From contig NZ_LN831024.1 of the NCBI RefSeq assembly GCF_001457615.1, positions 3,270,001-3,302,000 on the forward strand: a stretch of DNA of 32,000 nucleotides. The letters are read 5' to 3'. Source of the stretch: Pseudomonas aeruginosa (GTDB lineage Bacteria > Pseudomonadota > Gammaproteobacteria > Pseudomonadales > Pseudomonadaceae). Positions 17,072-25,820 of this stretch are shown here, piece by piece. How positions within the stretch are numbered: position 1 is the first letter of the stretch; each line of letters opens with the position of its first letter. The translations under genes were made by a program, and so were the position numbers. A model generated the notes under the pieces. It worked only from the letters and a program-made list of their open reading frames with translations. It did no database searches and was not told where the DNA came from.

Positions 17072-17979
17072 CAGTCGAGCACCTTGCCCAGGCGCCAATA
17101 GCCCATCAGGGTCAGATGACGCTTGTCGATACCGCGCTCCTGCACCAGGTAGCGCCGGATCGCCATCACCGCCGCCGACTCGCCGGCGACCCAGGCGTAG
17201 AAACTGCCGCTCTCGGGGCTCGCCAGTTCCCAGAGGATCTCCTCGTCGATATCGATGTCCTCCAGCTCCTGGGCCGCACCACCCGCCACCTCGCGCTCCG
17301 GCAGCCGCGCCTGGCGCGCCGCCTCGATCATCCGCTCGCCGTTGCGCGAATGGATGCCGGCCTGGTGGCGCGGCAGCCAGTGCAGGCGCGCACCGGGAAT
17401 CGCCGGCAGGTCGAGGATATCGGCTTCTCCCGGCACTTCGAGAAAGGCCTCGACCACCGGCGGCTCGGCTTCGCCGGCCAGCTCCTCGAGAATTCCCGCC
17501 ACCGCGGGCAAGGCGGTTTCGTCGGCGATCAGCAGGATATGGCGGACGCCAGCCGGCGGCTTCCATTCGTAGCCGCCGGGGTCATCGCCGTATTGCCGGT
17601 TGGGCGCGGCCAGTTGCAGGCGGTCGCCGATCCGCGCGTGGGTCGCCCAGGCCGAGGCCGGGCCGTTCTCGCCGTGGAGGACGAACTCCACGTCGACCTC
17701 TTCCTGCTCGGCGCGCAGCGCACGGATGGTGTAGGTACGCATCGGCGGCCGGCGGGCCGGCTCGACGCTGCGATAGGCCTGGTACCACTCGCTGCCGCCG
17801 GGCAGGCTGGGCGGCTGGCCGCTGGCATCGGGGAAGAAGATCTTGATCCGCTGGTCGGCGGCAAGGGTCTTCATCTCGGCGACCTCCGGACCGCCGAAGA
17901 CGAAGCGGGTCAGCGCCGGGCTGAGTTGCTCACGGCGCTTGAGTTCGACATTGAACAGACGATAGGCGGGTTGCGACAT
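17071..17979 (-). CDS. Siderophore-interacting protein / ferric-siderophore reductase family (FAD-binding, ViuB-like), 302 aa
   Basis: From ORF 17071..18027(-). ATG 17977-17979 has AGGAGA 8 nt upstream (MSQPAYRLFNVELKRREQLSPALTRFVFGG...). The RTYTIR FAD-binding motif (PPMRTYTIRALR) and a C-terminal NAD(P)H-binding-like half are present. Confidence 0.9.
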   Translation of the reverse strand: MSQPAYRLFNVELKRREQLSPALTRFVFGGPEVAEMKTLAADQRIKIFFPDASGQPPSLPGGSEWYQAYRSVEPARRPPMRTYTIRALRAEQEEVDVEFVLHGENGPASAWATHARIGDRLQLAAPNRQYGDDPGGYEWKPPAGVRHILLIADETALPAVAGILEELAGEAEPPVVEAFLEVPGEADILDLPAIPGARLHWLPRHQAGIHSRNGERMIEAARQARLPEREVAGGAAQELEDIDIDEEILWELASPESGSFYAWVAGESAAVMAIRRYLVQERGIDKRHLTLMGYWRLGKVLD

Positions 17980-18113
17980 GACGATGGTCTCCTGGTGACC
18001 GGCGCCCAGTGGAGCCGGCGGATGCATGCGTCAGGCAACTCTAGCAAACAATACGAATGATTAGCATTTGCTATTTGTGCAATCGTCGACTGCGTCGAAA
18101 GCACGACTGTCGC

Positions 18114-19538
18114 TCAGGCCTCGCAAGGCTCCAGCAGCTCGCAAGCGCTCTCCCCTACTCGCCTGACCGCCTGCTCGATGGCCGGGGTCGGCAACGCCGC
18201 GTAGTTCATCCGCAGGCAGTTCCGGTACTTGCCGGAAGCGGAGAAGATGCAGCCCACCGCGACTTGTACGCCGCGGTTGCGCAAGGCCTTGTCCAGGCGC
18301 AGGGTGTCGAACGCCTCGTCCAGCTCGACCCAGAGCAGGAAACCGCCCTGGGGGCGGCTGGCGCGGGTGCCCTCCGGGAAATAGCGCGCCACCCAGTCGA
18401 TCATCAGGTCGCGTCCGCGCTGGTACTGGGCGCGCATGCGCCGCAGGTGCGGCTCGTAGTGGCCGTTGCCGATGAATTCGGCGATCGCCAGTTGCGGTTG
18501 CAGGGCGCTGGCGCCGGTACTGATGTACTTCATGTGCAGCACGCGGTCGGCGTAGCGCCCGGGTACCATCCAGCCGATCCGCAGGCCCGGCGCCAGGACC
18601 TTGGAGAACGACCCGCAGAGCAGCACCCGGCCATCGTCGTCGTACGACTTGATGGTGCGCGGGCGCGGATAAGTGTAGGCCAGGTCGCCGTAGACATCGT
18701 CCTCGATGATCGCCACGTCGTAGCGCTGGGCCAGGGCCAGCAGCGCCCGCTTGCGCGACTCGGGCATGATGTAGCCGAGCGGGTTGTTGCAGTTCGGGGT
18801 CACCTGGATGGCCTTGATCGGCCACTGTTCCAGCGCCAGTTCGAGGGCTTCCAGGCTGATGCCGTTGACCGGATCGGTGGGGATCTCCAGGGCCTTCATG
18901 CCGAGGCCTTTCAGCGATTGCATGGCGCCATGGAAGCTCGGCGACTCCACCGCGACGATATCGCCCGGTTCGCACACCGCGCGGATGCTCACCGACAGGG
19001 CCTCGTGGCAGCCGGTGGTGATCACCACGTCGCTGGCGGTGGCCCGACAGCCGGAGTCCACCAACAGGCGGGCGACTTCCTCGCGCAGCAACGGCGAGCC
19101 GTGGATCCCGTCGTAGGCCAGCGCACGGGCGTCGGCGTGGCGGTTGAGCCGGGCCAGGCTGCGGGTCAGCGGTTTCAGCGAAGGGCTGGAGATGTCCGGC
19201 ATGCCGCGGCCGAGCTGGACCACGTCCGGTCGCGGCACCGTGCTGACCAGGGCCAGCACCTGCTCCCATTGCGAGATTTCCACCGGCCGCTGGGCCAGGC
19301 GGGCGATCGCCGGCAGCGGCGGCATCTGTCGCGCGGCCGGTACGAAATAGCCGGACTTCGGCCGCGGCTCGGCCAGCCCGCGATCTTCCAGCAGCCTGTA
19401 TGCCTGTTGCACGGTGCTCAGGCTGACGCCGTGCTCGATGCTCATGGCCCGCACCGAGGGCAGCCGGTCGCCCGGACGGTAGAGGCCCTGTTCGATGCGC
19501 GAACCGAGGGTCTCGGCGAGTTGCAGATAAAGGGTCAT
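18114..19538 (-). CDS. MocR-type regulator (GntR wHTH fused to a fold-type I PLP aminotransferase-like domain), 474 aa
   Basis: From ORF 18114..19598(-). ATG 19536-19538 has GGAG 8 nt upstream. The N-terminus MTLYLQLAETLGSRIEQGLYRPGDRLPSVRAMSIEHGVSLSTVQQAYRLLEDRGL is a GntR HTH. It is followed by an aminotransferase-like domain (...SFSKVLAPGLRIGW...). Confidence 0.9.
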   Translation of the reverse strand: MTLYLQLAETLGSRIEQGLYRPGDRLPSVRAMSIEHGVSLSTVQQAYRLLEDRGLAEPRPKSGYFVPAARQMPPLPAIARLAQRPVEISQWEQVLALVSTVPRPDVVQLGRGMPDISSPSLKPLTRSLARLNRHADARALAYDGIHGSPLLREEVARLLVDSGCRATASDVVITTGCHEALSVSIRAVCEPGDIVAVESPSFHGAMQSLKGLGMKALEIPTDPVNGISLEALELALEQWPIKAIQVTPNCNNPLGYIMPESRKRALLALAQRYDVAIIEDDVYGDLAYTYPRPRTIKSYDDDGRVLLCGSFSKVLAPGLRIGWMVPGRYADRVLHMKYISTGASALQPQLAIAEFIGNGHYEPHLRRMRAQYQRGRDLMIDWVARYFPEGTRASRPQGGFLLWVELDEAFDTLRLDKALRNRGVQVAVGCIFSASGKYRNCLRMNYAALPTPAIEQAVRRVGESACELLEPCEA

Positions 19539-19578
19539 GAGCGGGACTCCAGGGTGAGCGAAAGCGGGACCGGTACAG

Positions 19579-19598
19579 ATGGTGGCGAAATCCACCAT
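19579..19598. promoter_or_regulatory. Inverted repeat ATGGTGG-N6-CCACCAT in the divergent MocR/DUF1127 promoter region (candidate operator)
   Basis: Perfect 7-bp arms at 19579-19585 and 19592-19598, seen directly. GTACAG/CTGTAT/CTGTAC motifs also recur at about 19573, 19620 and 19652. Any regulatory role is an inference. Confidence 0.3.
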
Positions 19599-19717
19599 TC
19601 AGGCCGGGGAGCGCTTGATCTGTATGCAGTCAACCCACCTTTTCTGGACCTGTACGGAACAGCGCGCGATGGCCATTCTATCTTCGTCGTCCAGCCGATC
19701 AATATGGAGTACGCAGC

Positions 19718-19972
19718 ATGACGCGACTCAGTGCGAAATCCGAGCGCCGCCAACGCCTCGATGGCCCCTTCCCACTCGCCGCGATGGACAACCTGGCGCA
19801 GGCCCTGCGTCGCGGCTATCGCCTGGCCCGGCAACGCCAGCTGACCCGGCGCGCGCTGCTGGACCTGGAAGCGGCGGAACTGAAGGATATCGGCCTGAGC
19901 GCCGAGCAGGCCCGCGAGGAAGCCTCGCTGGCGTTCTGGCAGGCAGGAAAATCCGGCGGGAGGAAGGCATGA
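19718..19972 (+). CDS. DUF1127 domain small protein, 84 aa
   Basis: ORF 19718..19972(+), with GGAG 9 nt upstream of the ATG. The C-terminal half RQRQLTRRALLDLEAAELKDIGLSAEQAREEASLAFWQ matches the DUF1127 signature (L..L.d.eLkDIGlsr......ea...FW). Confidence 0.75.
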   Translation: MTRLSAKSERRQRLDGPFPLAAMDNLAQALRRGYRLARQRQLTRRALLDLEAAELKDIGLSAEQAREEASLAFWQAGKSGGRKA

Positions 19973-20226
19973 TCCGCTGTCGCAACTGTGGCGAACGCCC
20001 AGCCAGCGAAGGGCATATCTGTATGGTCTGCAAGCGCCGATCCGACATCGACCCATACAAGGCGCTGATCGCCATGGCCCTGCTGGTCTACTGCGGCGTC
20101 AGCCTGGCGGCCTACCTCAAGCCGCATATGCCGGCACCGCCGCCTACCGCCGGCAGCAGCGTCCAGCCCGCCGAGGAGCTGGCCCAGCGCGCCCGCCAGG
20201 CCACCCTGGAACAGCGCGGCATCTGA
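19969..20226 (+). CDS. Zinc-ribbon (CxxC...CxxC) single-pass membrane protein, 85 aa
   Basis: Tail of ORF 19579..20226(+). ATG 19969 overlaps the DUF1127 stop (ATGA) and has GGAGGAAGG just upstream. MIRCRNCGERPASEGHICMVCKRR is followed by the hydrophobic helix ALIAMALLVYCGVSLAAYL. Confidence 0.7.
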   Translation: MIRCRNCGERPASEGHICMVCKRRSDIDPYKALIAMALLVYCGVSLAAYLKPHMPAPPPTAGSSVQPAEELAQRARQATLEQRGI

Positions 20227-20300
20227 AGAACGCATGCTCGGGAGGGGAGGCAGTTTGAGCCCCTCCTTCTTTTATATGCCTGTGGCCGCCAGCGCGTGGC

Positions 20301-20600
20301 TCATTGCGCCGGATACTCCAGCGCCGCCGCGATTCGCCGATGCTGCTCGACCACCCACTCCCGCCGTACCGCCCCCCAGTCGCGGATGACATAGCCGCCC
20401 TGGTGGTTGCGCGCACCCTCCCGCTGCTCGAACTCGCAGACGATGTCCAGTTCCTCCAGCGCGGCGATGGTGTCCTGTGCGGTACGCCGGGGCATGCCGG
20501 TGGCGGCCATGATCTCCGGCACGCTGGCGGTGCCGCTGTCGATCAGGTAGGCGACGTAGAGGCGGCGGTAGAAGCTGGACTTGGTCTTGCTGATGGTCAT
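20301..20600 (-). CDS. Small winged-helix DNA-binding-like protein, 99 aa
   Basis: Tail of ORF 20301..20804(-). ATG 20598-20600 lies 23 nt after the Lrp-family stop, with GGAGA 10 nt upstream. ...SVPEIMAATGMPRRTAQDTIAALEELDIV... reads as an HTH. Confidence 0.7.
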   Translation of the reverse strand: MTISKTKSSFYRRLYVAYLIDSGTASVPEIMAATGMPRRTAQDTIAALEELDIVCEFEQREGARNHQGGYVIRDWGAVRREWVVEQHRRIAAALEYPAQ

Positions 20601-20623
20601 GGGCAGGCGTTCTCCGGGAAGGC

Positions 20624-21097
20624 TCAGGGAGCGAGCAGGGGCAAGGTAGTGGTGGATTTGATTTCCGACAAGGCGACGATGGAGTTCACTTCCTGGATGC
20701 CCGGCACCGCCGACAGTTTCTCGAAGAAAAAGCGTTCGTAGGATTCGATATCGCGGGTGACGATACGCAGCATGAAGTCCACCGCGCCCATCAGTACGTG
20801 GCACTCCAGCACCTCGGGAAACTGGTGCATCGCCTCGGCGAAATCGGTGAGGTTCTTGCGCCCATGGGCGTTGAGCTTAATCTGGGCGAATACCTGGGTA
20901 TTCAGGCCGATCTTCTTGCGGTCGAGCAGGGTCACCTGCTTGCGGATCACCCCCTCCTCCTTCAGGCGCTGGATGCGCCGCCAGCAGGGCGACTGGGAAA
21001 GTCCGATGCGCTCGGCGATGTCGGCGGTGGAAAGCGAGGATTCCTCCTGCAGCAACGCAAGAATACGCTGATCGTAGATATCCAATGGAATGGACAT
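20624..21097 (-). CDS. Lrp/AsnC-family transcriptional regulator, 157 aa
   Basis: ORF 20624..21097(-), ATG confirmed. LDIYDQRILALLQEESSLSTADIAERIGLSQSPCWRRIQRLKEEGVI (HTH_AsnC) is followed by a RAM/AsnC_trans_reg domain. Confidence 0.93.
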   Translation of the reverse strand: MSIPLDIYDQRILALLQEESSLSTADIAERIGLSQSPCWRRIQRLKEEGVIRKQVTLLDRKKIGLNTQVFAQIKLNAHGRKNLTDFAEAMHQFPEVLECHVLMGAVDFMLRIVTRDIESYERFFFEKLSAVPGIQEVNSIVALSEIKSTTTLPLLAP

Positions 21098-21229
21098 AAA
21101 TATTCTCTACAAAGAAAAATATAGGAATCAAGTATGCACATATAGCGCAAAATCACGCAAAAACAGGAGAAAAAATCCGGCACGCCTCTGGGAGAATTTC
21201 TCTCGTCGAAACACTGCCTGGAGCGTCAC

Positions 21230-21622
21230 ATGTCAACCCTCGCCCCCCTTTTCCTGGCCAAACACCCTGACGGCGAAGAACGCCAGGTGATCCGCCCGAA
21301 CGTCTGGGAAACCTCCTGCGCAGATACCGAGACCCTGTCGATCTTCCATATCGAGGGCATGGCCGATCCGGACCTGCTGTGCCGGGTGCTCAACCTGTTC
21401 GCCGTGCAATCCTTCACCCCGGAGCGGGTTCGCGCCGACCGCGAGGACCACAAGATCCGCCTGCTGCTGACCTTCCCCGGCCTCAGCCAGCACCGCGCCA
21501 GCGTGATCGCGGAGAAGCTGCGCTCGCTGGTCACCGTGCTCGCCGTCCGCCTGGAGTTCTCTCCCCATGCCGGCAAGGTCCGTCCCAGCGTCAGCGAGCC
21601 GCTGCTGGCCAGCGTCGTCTGA
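21230..21622 (+). CDS. Hypothetical protein, possibly ACT-like fold, 130 aa
   Basis: ORF 21230..21622(+), with GGAG 6 nt upstream. It is divergent from the Lrp-family gene across a 132-nt AT-rich region. The segment LLCRVLNLFAVQSFTPERVRADREDHKIRLLLTFPGLSQHRASVIAEKLRSLVTVLAV resembles an ACT-type beta-alpha-beta-beta-alpha-beta unit; this is inference only. Confidence 0.65.
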   Translation: MSTLAPLFLAKHPDGEERQVIRPNVWETSCADTETLSIFHIEGMADPDLLCRVLNLFAVQSFTPERVRADREDHKIRLLLTFPGLSQHRASVIAEKLRSLVTVLAVRLEFSPHAGKVRPSVSEPLLASVV

Positions 21623-21775
21623 GCCCCTCGGGGCGGCGCGGCGGCCGCCCTGTCCATTCGGCGTCATCGGCTGGCCTTCTGGCGTTAGCCGGTCGCCCAG
21701 CCCATGGCTACAGTGCAGGTTCGCCAGGCAGCCAGAAGACTGCCATGTGTTCCCCCGATCCTGCAGAGCGTGCCC

Positions 21776-22777
21776 ATGTCCCGACCGCGTTTCCTTCCGG
21801 ATAACTTCACCCTGGCGCTGATCGCCACCGTCCTTCTCGCCACTTTCCTGCCCTGCAGCGGCCAGACCGCCGTGGTCTTCGAATGGGTGACCAACATCGG
21901 CATCGGCCTGCTGTTCTTCCTCCACGGCGCCAAGCTGTCGCGCCAGGCGATCATCGCCGGCATGACCCACTGGCGCCTGCACCTGCTGGTGTTCGCCTGC
22001 ACCTTCGTGATGTTCCCGCTGCTCGGCCTGGCGCTGAAACCGGCACTGTCGCCGATGGTCACCCCGGAGCTGTACCTCGGCATCCTGTTCCTCTGCGCCC
22101 TGCCGGCCACGGTGCAATCCTCCATCGCCTTCACCTCGCTGGCGCGCGGCAACGTGCCGGCAGCGGTATGCAGCGCTTCCGTGTCGAGCCTGCTCGGCGT
22201 ATTCCTTACCCCGCTGCTGGTCAAGCTGCTGCTCGGCGCCGAAGGCGAGACCGGCAACGCGCTGGACGCCATCGGCAAGATCACCCTGCAACTGCTGGTA
22301 CCCTTCATCGCTGGCCAGGTCCTGCGGCGCTGGATCGGCACCTGGGTGGAGCGCAACAAGCCGGTGCTGCGCTATGTCGACCAGGGCTCGATCCTGCTGG
22401 TGGTCTACACCGCCTTCAGCGCCGCGGTGATCCAGGGCCTGTGGCACGAAGTACCCTGGCTGGCGCTGCTCGGCCTGACCGTCGCCTGCTGCGTGATCCT
22501 CGCCCTGGCCCTGGTGCTGACCACGGTGCTGGCGCGACGCCTGGGCTTCAGCAAGGAAGACGAGATCACCATCGTCTTCTGCGGTTCGAAGAAGAGCCTG
22601 GCCACCGGCGTGCCCATGGCCAAGGTGCTGTTCGCCACCAGTGTGGTGGGACCGATGGTGTTGCCGCTGATGCTGTTCCACCAGATCCAGCTGATGGTCT
22701 GCGCGGTACTCGCGCAACGCTACGCCAGGCGCCGCGACGACGCAGCGGCGGCGCTGGCCGAGGCCCCCTCGCGCTGA
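21776..22777 (+). CDS. Bile acid:sodium symporter (BASS/SBF-like, YfeH-type) family transporter, 333 aa
   Basis: From ORF 21704..22777(+). I start it at ATG 21776 (MSRPRFLPDNFTLALIATVLLATFLP...); ATG 21704 is an alternative. It is a polytopic membrane protein with the SBF-like block ...ILFLCALPATVQSSIAFTSLARGN.... Confidence 0.88.
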   Translation: MSRPRFLPDNFTLALIATVLLATFLPCSGQTAVVFEWVTNIGIGLLFFLHGAKLSRQAIIAGMTHWRLHLLVFACTFVMFPLLGLALKPALSPMVTPELYLGILFLCALPATVQSSIAFTSLARGNVPAAVCSASVSSLLGVFLTPLLVKLLLGAEGETGNALDAIGKITLQLLVPFIAGQVLRRWIGTWVERNKPVLRYVDQGSILLVVYTAFSAAVIQGLWHEVPWLALLGLTVACCVILALALVLTTVLARRLGFSKEDEITIVFCGSKKSLATGVPMAKVLFATSVVGPMVLPLMLFHQIQLMVCAVLAQRYARRRDDAAAALAEAPSR

Positions 22778-22789
22778 GCGCGAAAATGA

Positions 22790-22817
22790 AAGAAGCCGGC
22801 CCAGGGGCCGGCTTCTT
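22790..22817. terminator. Bidirectional rho-independent terminator between the BASS gene and gor
   Basis: 12-bp stem aagaagccggcc (22790-22801) / ggccggcttctt (22806-22817) with loop cagg. On the minus strand it is followed by TCATTTTC, on the plus strand by CGTTC. Confidence 0.7.
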
Positions 22818-22831
22818 CGTTCAGACGCGGC

Positions 22832-24187
22832 TCAGCGCGTCGGCGTGCGCAGGGTGACGAACTCTTCCGCCGCGGTCGGGTGGATGCCGATGGTCTCGTC
22901 GAACGCCTGCTTGGTCGCCCCGGCCTTCATCGCCACCGCAATACCCTGGAGGATCTCGCCGGCCTCGGCGCCGACCATGTGGCAACCCAGCACCCTGTCG
23001 TCGTGGGCATCCACGACCAGCTTCATCAGGGTCTTTTCCTGGTCGTCGGTAAGGGTCAGCTTCATCGGCCGGAAGCGGCTCTCGAAGATCTTCACCTTGT
23101 GCCCGGCGCTCAGCGCCTCCTCCTCGGTCAGGCCGACGGTGCCGATGTTGGGCAGGCTGAACACCGCGGTGGGAATCAACTTGTAGTCCACCGGGCGATA
23201 CTCCTCCGGCTTGAACAATCGCCGTGCCACCGCCATGCCCTCGGCCAGCGCCACGGGGGTCAACTGGACGCGACCGATCACGTCACCGAGGGCGAGGATC
23301 GACGGCTCGCTGGTCTGGTAATGCTCGTCGACCGCGATGAAGCCCTTGTCGGTCAGCTTCACTCCGGTGTTTTCCAGGCCAAGGTCATCCAGCATCGGCC
23401 GCCGCCCGGTGGCATAGAACACGCAGTCCGCCTCCAGCACCCGGCCGTCCTTGAGGGTCGCGGCCAGGCTGCCATCGGCCTGTTTGTCGATACGGGCGAT
23501 GTCGCTGTTGAACTGCAGGTCCAGGCCCTTCTTGCCCAATTCGTCGCGCAGATGCTCGCGGACGCTGCGGTCGAAGCCGCGCAGGAACAGGTCGCGACGG
23601 TAGAGCAAGGTGGTCTCGGCGCCGAGCCCGTTGAAGATCGAGGCGAACTCGACGGCGATGTAGCCGCCGCCGACCACCAGCACGCGGCGCGGCAGGCGCT
23701 CGAGGAAGAACGCTTCGTTGGAGGTGATCGCGTGTTCCTTGCCGGGAATGTCCGGCACCTGCGGCCAGCCACCGGTGGCAACGAGAATGTGCTTGGCGCT
23801 GAAGCGCTGGCCGTCCACCTCGACGCTGTGCGCATCGAGCAGACGGGCGTGACCTTCGAGCAAGGTCACCCCGCTGTTCACCAGCAGGTTGCGGTAGATC
23901 CCGTTGAGCCGCTGGATCTCGCGGTTCTTGTTGCCGATCAGGGTCGCCCAGTCGAACTGCGCCTCGCCGGCGCTCCAGCCATAGGCCCGGGCCTGCTCGA
24001 AGTCCTCGCTGAAATGCGCGCCATAGACCAGCAGCTTCTTCGGCACGCAGCCGACGTTGACGCAGGTGCCACCCAGGTAGCGACTCTCCGCCACCGCGAC
24101 ACGGGCACCGAAGCCGGCGGCGAAGCGGGCGGCGCGTACGCCCCCTGAGCCGGCGCCGATGACGAACAGATCGAAATCGAAAGACAT
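22832..24187 (-). CDS. gor: Glutathione-disulfide reductase, 451 aa
   Basis: ORF 22832..24187(-). [24 protein letters not shown]...[13 protein letters not shown] (FAD site plus redox-active CxxxxC). The C-terminal dimerisation domain with the HPT..EE motif ([12 protein letters not shown]) is present. Confidence 0.95.
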   Translation of the reverse strand: MSFDFDLFVIGAGSGGVRAARFAAGFGARVAVAESRYLGGTCVNVGCVPKKLLVYGAHFSEDFEQARAYGWSAGEAQFDWATLIGNKNREIQRLNGIYRNLLVNSGVTLLEGHARLLDAHSVEVDGQRFSAKHILVATGGWPQVPDIPGKEHAITSNEAFFLERLPRRVLVVGGGYIAVEFASIFNGLGAETTLLYRRDLFLRGFDRSVREHLRDELGKKGLDLQFNSDIARIDKQADGSLAATLKDGRVLEADCVFYATGRRPMLDDLGLENTGVKLTDKGFIAVDEHYQTSEPSILALGDVIGRVQLTPVALAEGMAVARRLFKPEEYRPVDYKLIPTAVFSLPNIGTVGLTEEEALSAGHKVKIFESRFRPMKLTLTDDQEKTLMKLVVDAHDDRVLGCHMVGAEAGEILQGIAVAMKAGATKQAFDETIGIHPTAAEEFVTLRTPTR

Positions 24188-24331
24188 GTTCCTACTCCTG
24201 GATCAGATGCGTTCCAGCATAACCCATTCACCAGCGTCGGCTCCCGCCGGATCGACGCAGAAACCTGTCGAAACGGCTCAGCGCAGGGCCTGGCAGGCGA
24301 TGGGCTATGCTTGTCCGTGGAGGTAAGCGCG

Positions 24332-24754
24332 ATGTCCCCCACCCTCACCCACCTGGCGCTGCACGTCCCCGACCTCGACGCCTGCATCGCCTTCTACGAA
24401 ACCTTCTGCGGCATGCGGGTGATCCACCGGCGCCCCGGCAAAGGCTCGCAGATCGTCTGGATGGCCGAACCCGGCCAGGAACAACGCTTCATCTTCGTCA
24501 TCATGCCCGGCGGCCAGCCGCGCAACCTGGCCAGCGACGATTACAGTCATTTCGGCTTCGCCCTCTCCAGCCGCGCCGCGGTAGACGATCTGGCGCGCCG
24601 CGCCGAGGCCGCCGGCTGCCTGGTCTGGGCGCCGCGCGACGAGCCCTATCCGGTCGGCTACTACTGCGGCCTGCGCGATCCCGCGGGCAACTATGTGGAG
24701 TTCAGCTACGGCCAGCCGCTGGGGCCGGGTTCCGAGGCACTACCGATTCTCTGA
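24332..24754 (+). CDS. VOC (glyoxalase/bleomycin resistance/extradiol dioxygenase) family protein, 140 aa
   Basis: From ORF 24311..24754(+). ATG 24332 has GGAGG 8 nt upstream. MSPTLTHLALHVPDLDACIAFYETFCGMRV... is a typical VOC N-terminus. Confidence 0.85.
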   Translation: MSPTLTHLALHVPDLDACIAFYETFCGMRVIHRRPGKGSQIVWMAEPGQEQRFIFVIMPGGQPRNLASDDYSHFGFALSSRAAVDDLARRAEAAGCLVWAPRDEPYPVGYYCGLRDPAGNYVEFSYGQPLGPGSEALPIL

Positions 24755-24877
24755 CCGGGCGCGGAGGCGCCGCGTGGCCCAGGCCAGGCTGGCGGGGTTA
24801 TTCGCCCGACGCCAACAACGCCACGCCCGCCGACAGCTCGGGTAGAGCGGATAACCCCATGGCCGTTCGCCCCATAC

Positions 24878-24912
24878 GAAAAACGCCGCGCCCCCATCGG
24901 GGACGCGGCGTT
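24878..24912 (-). terminator. Rho-independent terminator of galU
   Basis: The minus strand reads AACGCCGCGTCCCC-GAT-GGGGGCGCGGCGTT followed by TTTTCG. It starts 22 nt after the galU stop. Confidence 0.7.
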
Positions 24913-24933
24913 CTTCATCGGGAACGGCGAGGC

Positions 24934-25773
24934 TCAGTGAGCCTTGCCGGTCTTGTAGAGGTTTTCGTAGCAGAAGTTGGTCGCCTCGATGTAGCCCTCG
25001 GCGCTGCCGCAGTCGAAACGCTTGCCCTTGAACTTGTAGGCCAGCACGCAGCCGTCCTGAGCCTGCTTCATCAGGGCATCGGTGATCTGGATCTCGCCGC
25101 CCTTGCCCGGTTCAGTCTGCTCGATCAGGTCGAAGATGTCCGGGGTCAGGATGTAGCGGCCGATGATCGCCAGGTTCGACGGCGCCTCTTCCGGCTTCGG
25201 CTTCTCGACCATGGTGTTCACCCGGAAGATATCGTCGCGGATCATCTCGCCGGCGATCACGCCGTACTTGTTGGTCTCTTCCGGCGGCACTTCCTGGATC
25301 GCCACGATGGAGCAGCGGAACTGGTTGTACAGCTTGACCATCTGCTTCAGCACGCTGTCGCCTTCGAGGTTCAGGCACAGGTCGTCGGCCAGGACCACGG
25401 CGAACGGCTCGTCGCCGATCAGCGGACGACCGGTGAGGATGGCGTGGCCGAGGCCCTTCATCTCCACCTGGCGGGTGTAGGCGAAGGTGCACTCGTCGAT
25501 CAGCCGACGGATGCCGACCAGGTACTTTTCCTTGTCGGTGTTGCGGATCTGGTGTTCCAGCTCGTAGCTGATGTCGAAGTGGTCTTCCAGCGAACGCTTG
25601 CCGCGGCCGGTGACGATGCCGATCTCGGAAAGGCCGGCTTCCAGCGCCTCCTCCACCGCGTACTGGATCAGCGGCTTGTTCACCACCGGCAGCATTTCCT
25701 TGGGCATGGCCTTGGTGGCCGGGAGGAAACGAGTGCCGTAACCGGCGGCCGGGAAAAGACATTTCTTGATCAT
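24934..25773 (-). CDS. galU: UTP--glucose-1-phosphate uridylyltransferase, 279 aa
   Basis: ORF 24934..25773(-). MIKKCLFPAAGYGTRFLPATKAMPKEMLPVVNKPLIQYAVEEA is the canonical GalU N-terminus. Confidence 0.95.
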   Translation of the reverse strand: MIKKCLFPAAGYGTRFLPATKAMPKEMLPVVNKPLIQYAVEEALEAGLSEIGIVTGRGKRSLEDHFDISYELEHQIRNTDKEKYLVGIRRLIDECTFAYTRQVEMKGLGHAILTGRPLIGDEPFAVVLADDLCLNLEGDSVLKQMVKLYNQFRCSIVAIQEVPPEETNKYGVIAGEMIRDDIFRVNTMVEKPKPEEAPSNLAIIGRYILTPDIFDLIEQTEPGKGGEIQITDALMKQAQDGCVLAYKFKGKRFDCGSAEGYIEATNFCYENLYKTGKAH

Positions 25774-25820
25774 GAGAATCCTTCGACATGGACGAAGTAT
25801 GCGGATGGCGCGCAGTCTAA

